Assembly: GCA_963169055.1 (NCBI GenBank)
Contig: CAUJFU010000312.1
Location: 4,179 to 68,178 of the forward strand
Direction: 5' to 3'
Source: Myxococcota bacterium
GTDB lineage: Bacteria; Myxococcota_C; UBA6777
Length of the DNA: 64,000 nt
This document shows, in pieces, positions 48,581 to 57,976 of this stretch. The notes under the pieces are model-generated. The model was not told where the DNA came from. It saw only the letters and a list, made by a program, of their open reading frames with translations, and did no database searches. How positions within the stretch are numbered: the stretch's first letter is position 1; every line of letters begins with the position of its first letter. The translations under genes and the position numbers were made by a program.

Positions 48581-50129
48581 CAACCGAGAGCGGGGGAGGT
48601 GTGGAGTCTTCGGATTCTTCGTCTTCTGTCGAAGCATCATCGCGGTGAATGCCGTATTTTTTCATTCGGTTGTAAAGCCAAGAACGATTGAGATCGAGAA
48701 CTCGCGCAGCTTCGGAAACATTCCAAAGGCACTCTTCGACCGTTTGTCGGATCAGGCGGGCCTCGGTTTGTTCCATGGCTTCTTTGAGCGTAAGCCGCCG
48801 CCCGTGTTCATCGAGAGGAAAGGCAGGAGCCGCAGATTCTTTTGTGGGCGAAGTAGGAGGCGGGGGATTCGTGGAGGGCGGAGGGAGCGGCGCAGAAACG
48901 GGGACTGGTTCAGCCAAAACAGCAGTCGCACCAGAAGGTGTGCGTGGATCGATATCGGTGTGAGGAAGCTCGATATCAGGGGCGTCCAGTATGGCGCGCT
49001 CGTTGAAGATGCAAGCGCGCTCCAACACGTTGCGCAACTGTCGGATATTCCCGGGCCAATAATAGCTTGCGAGTTTTTCGTAGGCCGCCTCCGTCAAGGA
49101 GGCACGTTGCGCGATCTGCATACGACTCAACAAGAGTTCAACCAAGAGCGGGAGATCTTCGGTGCGCTCGCGCAAGGGGGGAACCTCGATCTCGACCACC
49201 GCAAGGCGATAAAACAGATCTTCACGAAACTTCTTTTCGCTCACCAGCTTGCGCAGGTTGTGGTTGGTCGCGGCGATCAGACGAAAGTCCACTTGGATCT
49301 CTTGGACGCCTCCAAGACGGCGGATACAACGGCGCTCGATCGCATCGAGTAGCTTGACTTGCAGTTCAAACGGCAGATCGCCGATCTCATCGAGAAAAAG
49401 CGTCCCACCGTGGGCTTGTTCAAAGTACCCTTTGTGTTGTTTGCGCGTGGCCCCCGTAAATGCGCCTTGTTCGTAACCAAAAAACTCCGATTCGACCAAA
49501 CTCGCAGGGATCGCCGCGCAATTGACCGTAATCAACGGGCTTTGCTTGCGAACGCTCTGTTCGTGTAAAGCTTGCGCGATGCTACTTTTTCCTGTACCCG
49601 TTTCTCCCGTCAACAAAACGGGCATCTCTCGCTGTCCAAGCCGCGCCAAAAGCGAAAAGATACGCCGCATCTTTTCGCTTTTTCCAACAAGCTGCGCGCT
49701 GTTGTCAAAAAATTTGACTTGGATCTTGGTGGGATTTTCGTACGCTTTCAACACCAAGACGGATCGGCCCAATTGGATGCGGGTATTGGGTCGCCAATAG
49801 GCATCAAGGACGCGATGCCCTTCCAAAAACACCCCGTTGCGGCTATCTAGATCGCGCACGCGCACGCCGTGTTCGTCCAACAAGATCTCGCAATGAAGGC
49901 TGCTGATGCGCTTGTCTTCGGTGAGCGGGAGATGGCGGATCTCCGAGCGCCCGACTTCCGATATCTCTTGGTTGAGCGGCAAGGTAAAACCTTCGTGGGG
50001 GCCTTCCACCACCTCTACCGTATAACCGCGTACGACCATGCTCGAAGAACGCAACGGACTCCAATCTTCCATGCGTAGCGTCGTGAGTGCTTCTTTGGGT
50101 TCTTTTGGGCGCGGGATCGGCTTGTCCAT
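48576..50129 (-). CDS. Sigma-54-dependent transcriptional activator with N-terminal FHA domain
   Basis: FHA region (GRSEIRHLPL...SSLHCEILLDEHGVRVRDLDSRNGVFLEG). AAA+ sigma-54 activator domain with GAFTGA (GYEQGAFTGA), Walker A GETGTGKS and ESELFGH-like motifs. C-terminal Fis-type HTH. Confidence 0.9.
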   Translation of the reverse strand: MDKPIPRPKEPKEALTTLRMEDWSPLRSSSMVVRGYTVEVVEGPHEGFTLPLNQEISEVGRSEIRHLPLTEDKRISSLHCEILLDEHGVRVRDLDSRNGVFLEGHRVLDAYWRPNTRIQLGRSVLVLKAYENPTKIQVKFFDNSAQLVGKSEKMRRIFSLLARLGQREMPVLLTGETGTGKSSIAQALHEQSVRKQSPLITVNCAAIPASLVESEFFGYEQGAFTGATRKQHKGYFEQAHGGTLFLDEIGDLPFELQVKLLDAIERRCIRRLGGVQEIQVDFRLIAATNHNLRKLVSEKKFREDLFYRLAVVEIEVPPLRERTEDLPLLVELLLSRMQIAQRASLTEAAYEKLASYYWPGNIRQLRNVLERACIFNERAILDAPDIELPHTDIDPRTPSGATAVLAEPVPVSAPLPPPSTNPPPPTSPTKESAAPAFPLDEHGRRLTLKEAMEQTEARLIRQTVEECLWNVSEAARVLDLNRSWLYNRMKKYGIHRDDASTEDEESEDSTPPPLSVV

Positions 50130-50316
50130 GCTGATGTCCTGAATCGTGATCCTTGTCTAAGAACGCAGTCTAGGCCAAAGTGAACGCGCTACGCTAACAC
50201 AAGGACGCAACCATCGCAACGCACAAAACGGATTCCCGAGATGGCTGCGCATTGCACGATTCGCCACGTTGCCACCCGCAACCACCCGCGCTGCACAACC
50301 AAGAAACGAGGCCCCC

Positions 50317-51621
50317 ATGATCCCGATGCGGACATATCTTCTCTACGCGACAGGCGGCTTTTCGATGCACGCCTCCAACTTCTTGCTCTCGACATGGTTG
50401 ATCAAGTTTTATACACCCGGCCCCGACAAACACCTGATCGATCCGATTCTTTTTGGCTATATTATGCTCTTTGGCCGAATCATCGACGCAATCACCGATC
50501 CATTGGTCGGCGCTTGGTCTGATCATCACAAAGGCCCGCGTGGTCGGCGTGTTCCGTTTCTGTTGTGGGGCGCTCCGATCCTTGCGTTGAGCCTGTGGTG
50601 GAGCTTTACGCCCCCGATTGCCGGACAATCCGTCTGGAACGGCGTTTATCTTGCCGTGATGATGGCGATCTTTTTTACGTTTTACACGATCGTTGTCACA
50701 CCTTACCTTGCTATCTTGCCCGAATTATCGAGCGATGCAAAAGTTCGCGTCAATCTGACAACTTACCAAGCAGGCTTTGTCTTGCTCGCCACCATCTACG
50801 TCGCCGCCCTTTCGGGCCCGATGATCCAAGGACTCGGTTATGGAACGACCATGGCGATATCGGGCGTGTTGATCTTGCTGACTTCGTGGCTGCCGATCCT
50901 TGTGGCTCCCCAGAAAGACACCGTGGAAGCCGCACACACCGAAAAAGCGTCACTCCCCGTGATCTGGGCGCGTTCGTGGGGAACGCTGCGCAGCAAAGCA
51001 TTTCGCCACATCCTCGTGTCCACCTCGGCCTTTTGGTTTGCACTCAACCTCTTAATGGCCTCGATCGCGTTGTGGGTCGTCAACGTCTTGAAGGGCAAAG
51101 AGGCCGATGTTGCGATGATTATGATGCCGTTTATTGTGGCCAACCTGCTTGGCTTTGTTGTCTTTAACCGCATGGCCCATCGCTTCGGAAAATACAAGGT
51201 CTTTGTGATCATGTTTGTGATGATGGCCGCCATCGCGCCCTTTTGGTATCTTGTGCAACGACAACAAGGCGACTGGCCATACCTACACGCCATGCTGCTG
51301 TGCTTTGGCTTGGGCTTTCCGCTCGCAGCCTTTCAAGTCCTCCCCTTTGCCCTTCTCGCCGACGTGATCGATCAAGACGAACGCGAATATGGCGTACGCC
51401 GCGAAGCGATCTTTTTTGGTATGCAGGCCATCTTCCAAAAAACCAGCATCGGTCTGTCCATCGTGGTGATGCAGTATATGCGCACAAGCCTTGGCGAAGT
51501 GACAGCCTTGCGCTTGCTTGGACCCCTCGCGGGCTTGTTTTGCTTGATCGGTTTGATTACATGGATCGGCTACCCATTGCGCGAAGAACCCCCACAAAAA
51601 GTCTCCGCCTCTGCGCATTGA
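50317..51621 (+). CDS. MFS transporter, glycoside-pentoside-hexuronide (GPH):cation symporter family
   Basis: 12-TM topology. N-terminus MIPMRTYLLYATGGFSMHASNFLLSTWLIKFYT typical of the GPH/MelB-like family. G3/T3-rich codon usage. Confidence 0.75.
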   Translation: MIPMRTYLLYATGGFSMHASNFLLSTWLIKFYTPGPDKHLIDPILFGYIMLFGRIIDAITDPLVGAWSDHHKGPRGRRVPFLLWGAPILALSLWWSFTPPIAGQSVWNGVYLAVMMAIFFTFYTIVVTPYLAILPELSSDAKVRVNLTTYQAGFVLLATIYVAALSGPMIQGLGYGTTMAISGVLILLTSWLPILVAPQKDTVEAAHTEKASLPVIWARSWGTLRSKAFRHILVSTSAFWFALNLLMASIALWVVNVLKGKEADVAMIMMPFIVANLLGFVVFNRMAHRFGKYKVFVIMFVMMAAIAPFWYLVQRQQGDWPYLHAMLLCFGLGFPLAAFQVLPFALLADVIDQDEREYGVRREAIFFGMQAIFQKTSIGLSIVVMQYMRTSLGEVTALRLLGPLAGLFCLIGLITWIGYPLREEPPQKVSASAH

Positions 51622-51747
51622 TCTCTTTTTCTCAACTTGACGCGCTCCACACGAAGCGCACGCCGATGCCTCGCGTGCGAGCCACTAACACATCTCAACG
51701 CCGAACCTGACCTGACGCATTCTTCCTCTCTGTTGCAAGGAGACGCC

Positions 51748-53232
51748 ATGCCCCAAACTCCCGTTCGCATCGGTCTTGTCGGATGCGGGCGCATCACCGA
51801 CCTTCACGTCCGCGCCTACGCCAAAGAACCACGCGCCCTTCTCACCGCGATATGCGACACCGATCCCGATCTTCTCGCCAAACGCGCCCTTGAATGGGGT
51901 GTCTCCAAGACCTACACCGATTACCAAGCCATGCTCGACGATCCAAACCTCGATGCCATCGAGATCTGCACTCCCACACGCCTGCACTTCAAGATGGTTC
52001 AACAAGCTGCCGCCGCAAAAAAACACATCAGCGTCCAAAAGCCCGTCACACTCGCCCTCCACGAAGCCACGCAACTGCGCGACATCTGCAAACAACACGG
52101 TGTGATCTTCAAGATCTGCGAAAACTACGTCTTCCACCCCACCATCCTCCGCGCCAAACAGATGATCGAGCAAGGAGAGATCGGTACACCGCTCAACCTT
52201 AGCTGCCGCGTCGTTAGCGGAAGCGGCGGATGGCCGATCACTTCGGAAGCTTGGCGTTGGCGCTTTGAAGACGCCAAAGTCGCTGGCGGAACCCAGACTT
52301 TTGATCACGGACACCACATCTTTTCGACAGCATGGTATCTGCTCGGTCCCATCGACAAGATCCACGGTTGGATTCATTCGGTCGACGGCGTGATCGATGC
52401 CCCCTCTTCCTTTCATTGGACCTACAACAACGGACTGACCCAAGGATCGGCGATCTTCACCGTCTCCACCGATATGCCTATCGACTCTCCCTATTACGGA
52501 AACGACGAATGGTTCGAGATCACAGGAACACGCGGCATCCTCTGGATCAACCGATGCACTTCGCATATCCGCAGTGATCTCTCTCCGATGACGCTTTACA
52601 GAGACGGAAAAGTCCAATCCATCGACGGAATGGCTACTGACTGGCAAGAAGGTTTTACGGGTGCCTTGCACAACTTTGTCGACTCCATCCTTGGCCTTGC
52701 TCCTCCCCAACTCAGCGGCGAAGAAGGCATCGAGATCCTCAGTTATGCGCTCGCTGCACAACGCTCCGCACACCTCGAACGCCCCGTCTACATCGAAGAG
52801 ATCCGAGAACAAAAAGGTGAGGCTCATTACCACACAAAGCGTCTACGCACCCTCGCCTCAAGGCTCCAACCTCCCGCTTGGCTCAAACGCCTGTTTTCTC
52901 CGCCTGTTGATTCATCGACTTGTCGGACTCTCACGCAATCCCTCCCCCAACGCTTCCAACCCGAGGCTGTCCGAGGATGGAACGCCACCATCTTGCTCGA
53001 TATCCAAGGCCCCAACGGGGGCCAATGGACCGCCACACTCCAAGATCAAGTTCTGGAATTCCAAGAAGGAAAACACGGAGAACCCGGCCTGATCCTCCGC
53101 TGCAAAGACACCGCATGGACCGCAATCCTTTCAGGCAAAAAAAGCGTAGAAGCCGCCTTTTTTCAAGGACAACTCAAACTCGAAGGCAAAGTTGAGTGGG
53201 CCCTCTCCCTCAAAAAAGCCTTTCGTCTCTGA
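51748..53232 (+). CDS. Gfo/Idh/MocA-family NAD(P)-dependent oxidoreductase fused to a C-terminal SCP2 sterol-carrier-like domain
   Basis: RBS aaggag. Rossmann N-terminus VRIGLVGCGRITDLH. C-terminal ~100 aa (WNATILLDIQGPNGGQWTATLQD...SVEAAFFQGQLKLEGKVEWALSLKKAF) matches the SCP2 fold signature. Confidence 0.8.
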   Translation: MPQTPVRIGLVGCGRITDLHVRAYAKEPRALLTAICDTDPDLLAKRALEWGVSKTYTDYQAMLDDPNLDAIEICTPTRLHFKMVQQAAAAKKHISVQKPVTLALHEATQLRDICKQHGVIFKICENYVFHPTILRAKQMIEQGEIGTPLNLSCRVVSGSGGWPITSEAWRWRFEDAKVAGGTQTFDHGHHIFSTAWYLLGPIDKIHGWIHSVDGVIDAPSSFHWTYNNGLTQGSAIFTVSTDMPIDSPYYGNDEWFEITGTRGILWINRCTSHIRSDLSPMTLYRDGKVQSIDGMATDWQEGFTGALHNFVDSILGLAPPQLSGEEGIEILSYALAAQRSAHLERPVYIEEIREQKGEAHYHTKRLRTLASRLQPPAWLKRLFSPPVDSSTCRTLTQSLPQRFQPEAVRGWNATILLDIQGPNGGQWTATLQDQVLEFQEGKHGEPGLILRCKDTAWTAILSGKKSVEAAFFQGQLKLEGKVEWALSLKKAFRL

Positions 53233-53240
53233 GGCCCACC

Positions 53241-56200
53241 ATGACGGTCAATCAACTCTCCCACACACCACAAGATCCCCGTTGGCTCGACAATGGCCGC
53301 TACGAGATCCTCCGCCGCCTCGGTGAAGGCGGATTCGGCGTCGTCTACCACGCTTTCGATCACAAGATGGGCCTCGAAGTCGCCCTCAAAAAACTCAAAT
53401 CCGCCGACGCAGAAACCCATTACCGCTTCAAAAAAGAATTTCGCGCACTCGCCGATCTCTCCCACCCAAACCTCATCCATCTCTACGATCTCGTCGCTGA
53501 TGACACCCAATGCTTCTTCACCATGGAACTGATCCGTGGTGTCGAATTTCTCGAATATGTTCAACAATCCCAACACATCGACCTCACCGACCTTCCCCCT
53601 CCTGCCCCTCCCTCCTCCTCGAGCCGAAACCTCTCCCACGCCCCTTCTCTCCCTCCCCCTTCGTCGACTCCGCCCCCCACGCCCATCCCGTCCTATTCTC
53701 CGAGCCCTTTGCATCCACACAAACCTCCCGCACACATCGACAACAAACCTCCCGCGCACATCAACAACAGACTTTCCGCACACACCGAATCCGCTTCCGC
53801 GCTCGATCTCCCGCCTCCATTCACGCAGTCCTTTGAGCCTCCCCCCTTCCCACCGGCTTTCTCCAACCCTCCCGCCTCTCCCAAAGATCCCTCCGCCTCA
53901 ACCAATCCTTCGGTCTCTCCGAGAGATCCGCCCGCTTCGGCCAAGCCCACAAAACCCACCAACGTGCATTTTCGCCGCCTTCTTCAAGCGCTTTCTCATC
54001 TCGCCCAAGGCGTCGCAGCCCTCCATCGCTATGGGCTGTTGCACCGCGATCTCAAACCCTCCAACGTCCTCGTCACCCCCGAAGGCCGCGTTGTGATCCT
54101 CGACTTTGGCCTCGTCGCCGAACTGCGCAAAGATGCCGCCGAACAAAGTATGCAGATCGCCGGTACTCCCGCCTATATGTCCCCCGAACAAGCCCTTCAT
54201 CAGCCTCTCACCGAAGCCTGCGATTGGTACAGCGTCGGCGTGATCCTTTACCAATCCCTCACAGGCCGCCTACCCTTCGAAGGCTCCGCGATCGAGATCC
54301 TCGGACAAAAACACTCTTCGAAGCCTACCGACCCACAGCACCTTGTCTCAGGCGTTCCCGTATGGCTCAGCCAACTCTGCCTCGAACTTCTTGACCGCGA
54401 CCCCAACCAACGTCCCCAAGGAGCCGAACTCCTCGAACTCCTTGGCGCACAAGCCCTTTCCATCCAAGCCGCCCAACGCTCCACCCAGTCGACCTCTCTT
54501 CCGCTGATCGGTCGCCACAAAGAACTCCAGCGCTTACGTCGCCTCTTCCATCAAACCCTCCCCACCCAAGCCACCGCCGTCCTTCTCGAAGGAAACAGCG
54601 GCGTCGGAAAAAGTCACCTCGCACGCCTCGCCCTTTCTGTTCTCCAAAACGAAGCTCCTTCCATGCTCTTTCATGCCCGATGCTACAAACAAGAATCCAT
54701 CCCCTACAAAGCCGTTGACGCCATCATCGGACAGATCAGCCACTATCTCCGTATGCTCCCCCCCAGCGAACTTCGCCCCCTCATCCCCGATGGCATCGAA
54801 TCTCTCGCCCACATCTTCCCTGTATTCCGACGTATCCGCACCCTCCAACTCGATCTCCGCCCCAAGCTTCCCCTCGAACCAAGCGAACAGCGCCGCCAAG
54901 CCTTTGCGACTCTCCGCGAACTATTGCGCAGGCTCTCCCTGCGACGAAAACTGATCTTTTGGATCGACGACCTCCAATGGGGCGACGTCGACAGCGCCGC
55001 CCTCTTGATCGAACTGTTGCGCCCACCCGAAGCACCCGCTCTGATGTTCCTTGGGTGTTTTCGCAGCGAGGATTCCGATAGTAGCCCTTTCCTACAAAAA
55101 TTCTCCTCACTTCACAGCTTTTTTCAATCGGCCTTCCCGCTCGAACGCATGACCCTTGAGGGACTCCCGCTCTCCGATGCCGCCGAACTTGCTGCGCTGC
55201 TCTTTGGGCCTCCTGCGCAACCCCGCAATCCCTTGCTTTTGTCTCTCGCCAAACAAAGCGGTGGCAACCCCTCCTTGCTTGAAGAACTCGTTCGCTATGT
55301 CCAACAGCACACTTCTCCCGAACAGCGCGAAGCTCTCTTACTTTCTGACCCAACCTCGCCCTTGCCTTCTCAAACCTCCATCCCTCCGACCCATTGGGAA
55401 CAACAACTCGAACCTATCCTCGCCGGCTTCACCCTCTCCGAAGTCTTTAAAGAACGCTACGCCCGCCTTTCTCCCGCCCAACAAGCCCTGCTCGAAGTCC
55501 TCGCTGTCGCCGGCCAACCCACCGCACGCAACTTGCTCTTGCGCACGCTCGATCTCTCCCTTCCTGCCGCCGATATCAGCCAACTCCGCCTCCAACATCT
55601 GATCCGACTCCGCGATGCCCAAGAAGACGAAGAGATCGACCTTTATCACGAACGTATCCGTGAGATCCTCGTCGCCCTCCTTGAACATCACCACCCCTCC
55701 CGCCTCAAGGACATCCACAGCAGACTCGCACACGAACTCTCCACCGAAGACACGCCCGATGTCAAACGCCTCGCCATCCATCTCTCCCACGCTGGCGATC
55801 ATACCAGCGCCCTCGGCTACACCCTCCAAGCCGCCCAAGACGCCGAATCCGCCCTTGCCTTCGGACAAGCGACACGTTGGTACAAACACGCTCTCTCTCT
55901 CTCTCCCCTCGATCCCCTCCAAGAACGCGATATCCTCCGCGCTCTCGCCGATGCTCTCGCCCACCAAGGACTCGGTGAATCCGCCGCCGATGCCTATCTC
56001 CAAGCCGCCGCACGCACACAACAACTCCACCCCAACCTATTTTCGGCATCATCCACACCATCCACATCATCCGCGCATTACGCATCATCCACATCATCCG
56101 CGCATTACGCATCATCCACATCATCCACATCATCCACATCTTCCACATCACCCACATCTTCCGTATCTTCGGCAAGATTCGCATCTTTGGGCGATGCAAA

Positions 56201-57698
56201 ACGCCTGCAGCAAGAACTCCGCTTGCAAGCTGCCACCCAACTGATCCGCTGTGGACAACTGGATCGCGGACTCGACACCCTTTCTCATTTGTTGCGCGAA
56301 CTCAGGCTGCGTTGGAGTCCGTCGAAACGGGCTGCGATCTGGACTTGGCTTCAATGCCGCATCCGCTTGTTTTTTCATAAACTTCCCGACGCCTCAGTCG
56401 TTAAACTTTTATACCGCACGCATTCCAAAATCTCCCTCAAGATTCAGGATAATGTCCCTTCTCTTCTTCAAGATATCGTGGGCTCTTCTCATGCAGATGC
56501 CACCCCCACACACCACTCGCTCAACCCCGAACAAGCCTTGCGTCTGCGTGCGTGTCGCCTTGTCTCGATGGAAGTCGGACTCGCCGATCCCCTGCAAGGC
56601 ATGGCCTTTCAAGCCCAATACCTGCTCGAAGCCGTCCACGCCAAGGATCCGTACCACTTGGCCCTTGCCTACGCCCTCGAAGCCGCCTATAGCTCCTTTC
56701 AAGGCCCAAACAAACAACAGCGCACCGAACATCTCACCGATCAAGCCTTGACACTTGGCAAACAGCTACATCACCCCCATATCATCGGCACTTGCTACCT
56801 GACCGCAGGGTTTGCGGCCTTCACACAAGGCGCATGGCGGCGCGCTTATGACCGCTGCGCGCTTGCAGAACGCATCCTTCGACAAAGTAGCGCCGGGATT
56901 ACTTGGGAACTCTCCAACTGCCATATCTATCAGATGAATGCGCTGTTGTTTATGGGGTCATTTCGCGAACTTGAGCGCACTCTTCCTGTGGTCTTGCGCG
57001 AAGCTGAAGAGCGCGGCGATCTCTACACACAAACCCACCTGAATCTCGGCGTTGCACCGCGCTTGCTGCTTGCCAAAGATCAGCCAGAACAAGCCACGCT
57101 CACCATCCAACGCACACTTCCTCCTCGCAGCCAGCGGGCTTTTCACCTCCAACACTACATCGAACTGATCAATCGTGGCGAGATCGCCTTGTACCTCGAA
57201 ACGCCCTTGCCCTTTTGGCGATATCTCCTCGAACAATGGGCCGAACTGCGGCGTTCGCTGTTCCTTCGCATCCAATTCAACCGCATCGAACTCCACCATC
57301 TGCGAGGCCGTTGCGCGCTCGCTTGCGCCATACAGCAACCCCTCCAACAACGTGATGCTTTTCTCAAAGAAGCCCGTCACTGCGCCAAGATCATCCTTAA
57401 AGAAGGCACACGCTGGGGTTCTCCTTGGGCGCTTCATCTGCTTGCGGGTGCCGACTTCCTCGCACAGCACTACGACCAAGGACTCCAACACCTCACCGCC
57501 GCCGAAGTCCTCCTCGAAGACACCGACGCTCACCTCTACACCCACGCCACCATGTTGGCCCGCTCCCTCTGGCTCCCCCACGCACAAGCCCAAGACCTCG
57601 CTCACACCGCCCTCCAATGGATGCAATCTCAGCCCATCCAAGCCCCACTCCGCCTTCTTCAAGCCCTCCTCCCGGGATGCCTCCCCCTCCCTGCTTAG
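53241..57698 (+). CDS. Giant Ser/Thr protein kinase with Pro-rich linker, STAND/AAA-type NTPase domain and C-terminal helical (TPR-like) region
   Basis: Kinase motifs GEGGFGVV, VALKKL, HRDLKPSN, DFG and TPAYMSPEQ. Walker A LLEGNSGVGKSHLARL. Ser/Thr-rich stretch SSTSSAHYASSTSSAHYASS encoded by the 56040-56180 repeat. 1486 aa. Confidence 0.88.
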   Translation: MTVNQLSHTPQDPRWLDNGRYEILRRLGEGGFGVVYHAFDHKMGLEVALKKLKSADAETHYRFKKEFRALADLSHPNLIHLYDLVADDTQCFFTMELIRGVEFLEYVQQSQHIDLTDLPPPAPPSSSSRNLSHAPSLPPPSSTPPPTPIPSYSPSPLHPHKPPAHIDNKPPAHINNRLSAHTESASALDLPPPFTQSFEPPPFPPAFSNPPASPKDPSASTNPSVSPRDPPASAKPTKPTNVHFRRLLQALSHLAQGVAALHRYGLLHRDLKPSNVLVTPEGRVVILDFGLVAELRKDAAEQSMQIAGTPAYMSPEQALHQPLTEACDWYSVGVILYQSLTGRLPFEGSAIEILGQKHSSKPTDPQHLVSGVPVWLSQLCLELLDRDPNQRPQGAELLELLGAQALSIQAAQRSTQSTSLPLIGRHKELQRLRRLFHQTLPTQATAVLLEGNSGVGKSHLARLALSVLQNEAPSMLFHARCYKQESIPYKAVDAIIGQISHYLRMLPPSELRPLIPDGIESLAHIFPVFRRIRTLQLDLRPKLPLEPSEQRRQAFATLRELLRRLSLRRKLIFWIDDLQWGDVDSAALLIELLRPPEAPALMFLGCFRSEDSDSSPFLQKFSSLHSFFQSAFPLERMTLEGLPLSDAAELAALLFGPPAQPRNPLLLSLAKQSGGNPSLLEELVRYVQQHTSPEQREALLLSDPTSPLPSQTSIPPTHWEQQLEPILAGFTLSEVFKERYARLSPAQQALLEVLAVAGQPTARNLLLRTLDLSLPAADISQLRLQHLIRLRDAQEDEEIDLYHERIREILVALLEHHHPSRLKDIHSRLAHELSTEDTPDVKRLAIHLSHAGDHTSALGYTLQAAQDAESALAFGQATRWYKHALSLSPLDPLQERDILRALADALAHQGLGESAADAYLQAAARTQQLHPNLFSASSTPSTSSAHYASSTSSAHYASSTSSTSSTSSTSPTSSVSSARFASLGDAKRLQQELRLQAATQLIRCGQLDRGLDTLSHLLRELRLRWSPSKRAAIWTWLQCRIRLFFHKLPDASVVKLLYRTHSKISLKIQDNVPSLLQDIVGSSHADATPTHHSLNPEQALRLRACRLVSMEVGLADPLQGMAFQAQYLLEAVHAKDPYHLALAYALEAAYSSFQGPNKQQRTEHLTDQALTLGKQLHHPHIIGTCYLTAGFAAFTQGAWRRAYDRCALAERILRQSSAGITWELSNCHIYQMNALLFMGSFRELERTLPVVLREAEERGDLYTQTHLNLGVAPRLLLAKDQPEQATLTIQRTLPPRSQRAFHLQHYIELINRGEIALYLETPLPFWRYLLEQWAELRRSLFLRIQFNRIELHHLRGRCALACAIQQPLQQRDAFLKEARHCAKIILKEGTRWGSPWALHLLAGADFLAQHYDQGLQHLTAAEVLLEDTDAHLYTHATMLARSLWLPHAQAQDLAHTALQWMQSQPIQAPLRLLQALLPGCLPLPA

Positions 57699-57803
57699 CC
57701 CTCTCGATCCACTTTTCTCGCGAACCACCTTCCGTTCTATCGCGTCATGGGGCCGCGCCACCCAGAACAGCGCATCCTTTTCTGATCGCAATTGCGCAGT
57801 TGA

Positions 57804-57935
57804 CAAAAAAACCCGTGTTCGCGGCATTTCAAGCGAGAGAGTCGTCTGGATGAAAAACGATGATTTCTTCGCCAACACGGGGTCAAGGGAGCCGTGCTCC
57901 CTTGCGGGGCGTGGGGCAGCGCCCCACAAAAACCA
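57804..57935 (+). repeat. Dispersed repeat family A, copy 8
   Basis: aaaaaaacccgtgttcgcggcatttcaagcgagagagtcgtctggatgaaaaacgatgatttcttcgccaacacggggtcaagggagccgtgctcccttgcggggcgtggggcagcgccccacaaaaacc. Confidence 0.8.
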
Positions 57936-57976
57936 TCCAACAAATCATTTCACTCATACACCAAGGAGATCCAAAG

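Noticed and set aside
50189-50320. Possible sigma-54 element TGGCTGCGCATTGCA upstream of the MFS gene
   Set aside because: GG-to-GC spacing is one nucleotide short of the invariant -24/-12 spacing, so it is probably not functional.
51685-57929. ORFs 51685..52833 (-), 55338..56030 (-), 56958..57929 (-), 57175..58536 (+)
   Set aside because: Shadows of the Gfo/Idh/MocA, kinase and RNA ligase genes. No independent motifs. They overlap strongly supported CDSs.
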